Of a DNA stretch of 57,417 nucleotides, positions 56,920 through 57,417 are shown one piece after another (position 1 is the first letter of the stretch; every line of letters begins with the position of its first letter). The position numbers and the translations under genes were made by a program. The notes beneath the pieces are model-generated. The model was given only the letters and a program-made list of their open reading frames with translations. It was not told where the DNA came from and made no database searches. Source of the DNA: Candidatus Kaiserbacteria bacterium. Lineage in GTDB: Bacteria > Patescibacteriota > Minisyncoccia > Phycocordibacterales > JABAAK01. Location: positions 1 through 57,417 of the forward strand of contig JAPOOC010000007.1 of NCBI GenBank assembly GCA_026713605.1, given 5' to 3'.

Positions 56920-57417
56920 TTTTTGTGGGTTATTCGGCGCTGAACTATTTGCGCAACAGCCACCAACCACCACCGCAACAAGCAATGTTGAGAGAGGGGA
57001 GCCGACAACGCTCCATCTGTACAGCACCATATTCGGGGAAGAGAAAAAGATCAAAGCAAGTAGCAGTGATAGAGAGGCGGTGAATCGAACAATTCAAAGA
57101 TTTTTCGGCCGGTTTTTCAGCATCATTTTCACTGTCTCTGGGATGCTCATGGTGATGCTGCTTGCAGTACACGGTACCAAGATGGTATATGCCGAATTCG
57201 GAGGAAATGTTTCCGCTTTTGGTGATGCAAAAAGCAAAGTAAAAGCAGCGGCTATAGGAACCGGCATACTGCTACTCTCATGGGTTATTTTAAACTTCAT
57301 TGACCCTGCGCTCCTACGACCGAAACTGTTTGAAACAATTACAGGACTGCAGGAGGTTGGAAGTGGATCTGAACTATTCTCAAACGATCTTGAAATTCCA
57401 AAAGGCAGTATCACTTT
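56867..57417 (+). CDS. CPR-type two-TM pilin (partial, runs off the right edge; not in ORF track)
   Basis: Manual translation MKTRIYNNLLFSLLFVCSFCGLFGAELFAQ...FFSIIFTVSGMLMVMLLAVHG...AKSKVKAAAIGTGILLLSWVILNFIDPALL is open to the end of the window. Confidence 0.82.
   Translation, partial: MKTRIYNNLLFSLLFVCSFCGLFGAELFAQQPPTTTATSNVERGEPTTLHLYSTIFGEEKKIKASSSDREAVNRTIQRFFGRFFSIIFTVSGMLMVMLLAVHGTKMVYAEFGGNVSAFGDAKSKVKAAAIGTGILLLSWVILNFIDPALLRPKLFETITGLQEVGSGSELFSNDLEIPKGSIT

Noticed and set aside
1-57417. Alternative genetic code (TGA=Gly, as in Gracilibacteria/Absconditabacteria)
   Set aside because: Conserved genes are full length in code 11, and TGA ends genes at the expected positions (for example comM and dus).
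1-57417. CRISPR array, IS elements or prophage
   Set aside because: I saw no spaced direct repeats, transposase motifs or phage structural clusters.

Overview
This 57.4-kb window is chromosomal DNA, most likely from a Patescibacteria (CPR, Parcubacteria-like) bacterium using genetic code 11. The assignment rests on the absence of rpmD between rpsE and rplO, reduced thrS/pheS/pheT/uvrC, and two-TM 'CPR pilins'. Housekeeping content: thrS, topA, lepA, murJ, xth, a Xer recombinase, rpsO, pnp, rplS, a split spc segment (rpsN-rpsH-rplF-rplR-rpsE-rplO-secY), gyrB, pheST, tRNA-Arg(GCG), tRNA-Ser(GCT) and RNase P RNA. Competence and pilus genes (comM/yifB, comF, pilM, pilins) and two CcdA/thioredoxin redox clusters are also present. 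Two genes that run off the window ends are missing from the ORF track: a LamG-like repeat surface protein and a pilin. I found no CRISPR array, transposase or prophage. The leading observations are: (1) a 1109-aa surface protein in which a CPR pilin hairpin is fused to Ig/Calx-beta-like domains and to a C-terminal Hedgehog/M15-like Zn domain with an intact H-x6-D...H triad; (2) a divergent circularly permuted ATP-grasp-like gene next to an M14/AstE-like Zn hydrolase; (3) a pervasive (TGn)TAnnnT -10 box 6-9 nt before start codons, implying leaderless or near-leaderless mRNAs, while several orphan genes instead carry Shine-Dalgarno motifs; (4) a beta-barrel-like secreted orphan with a perfect sigma70 promoter; (5) a spondin_N-like protein, a pilin-beta-propeller fusion, and a P-type ATPase with PSGL in place of PEGL. 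All family assignments come from motif recognition by eye; no database search was run.
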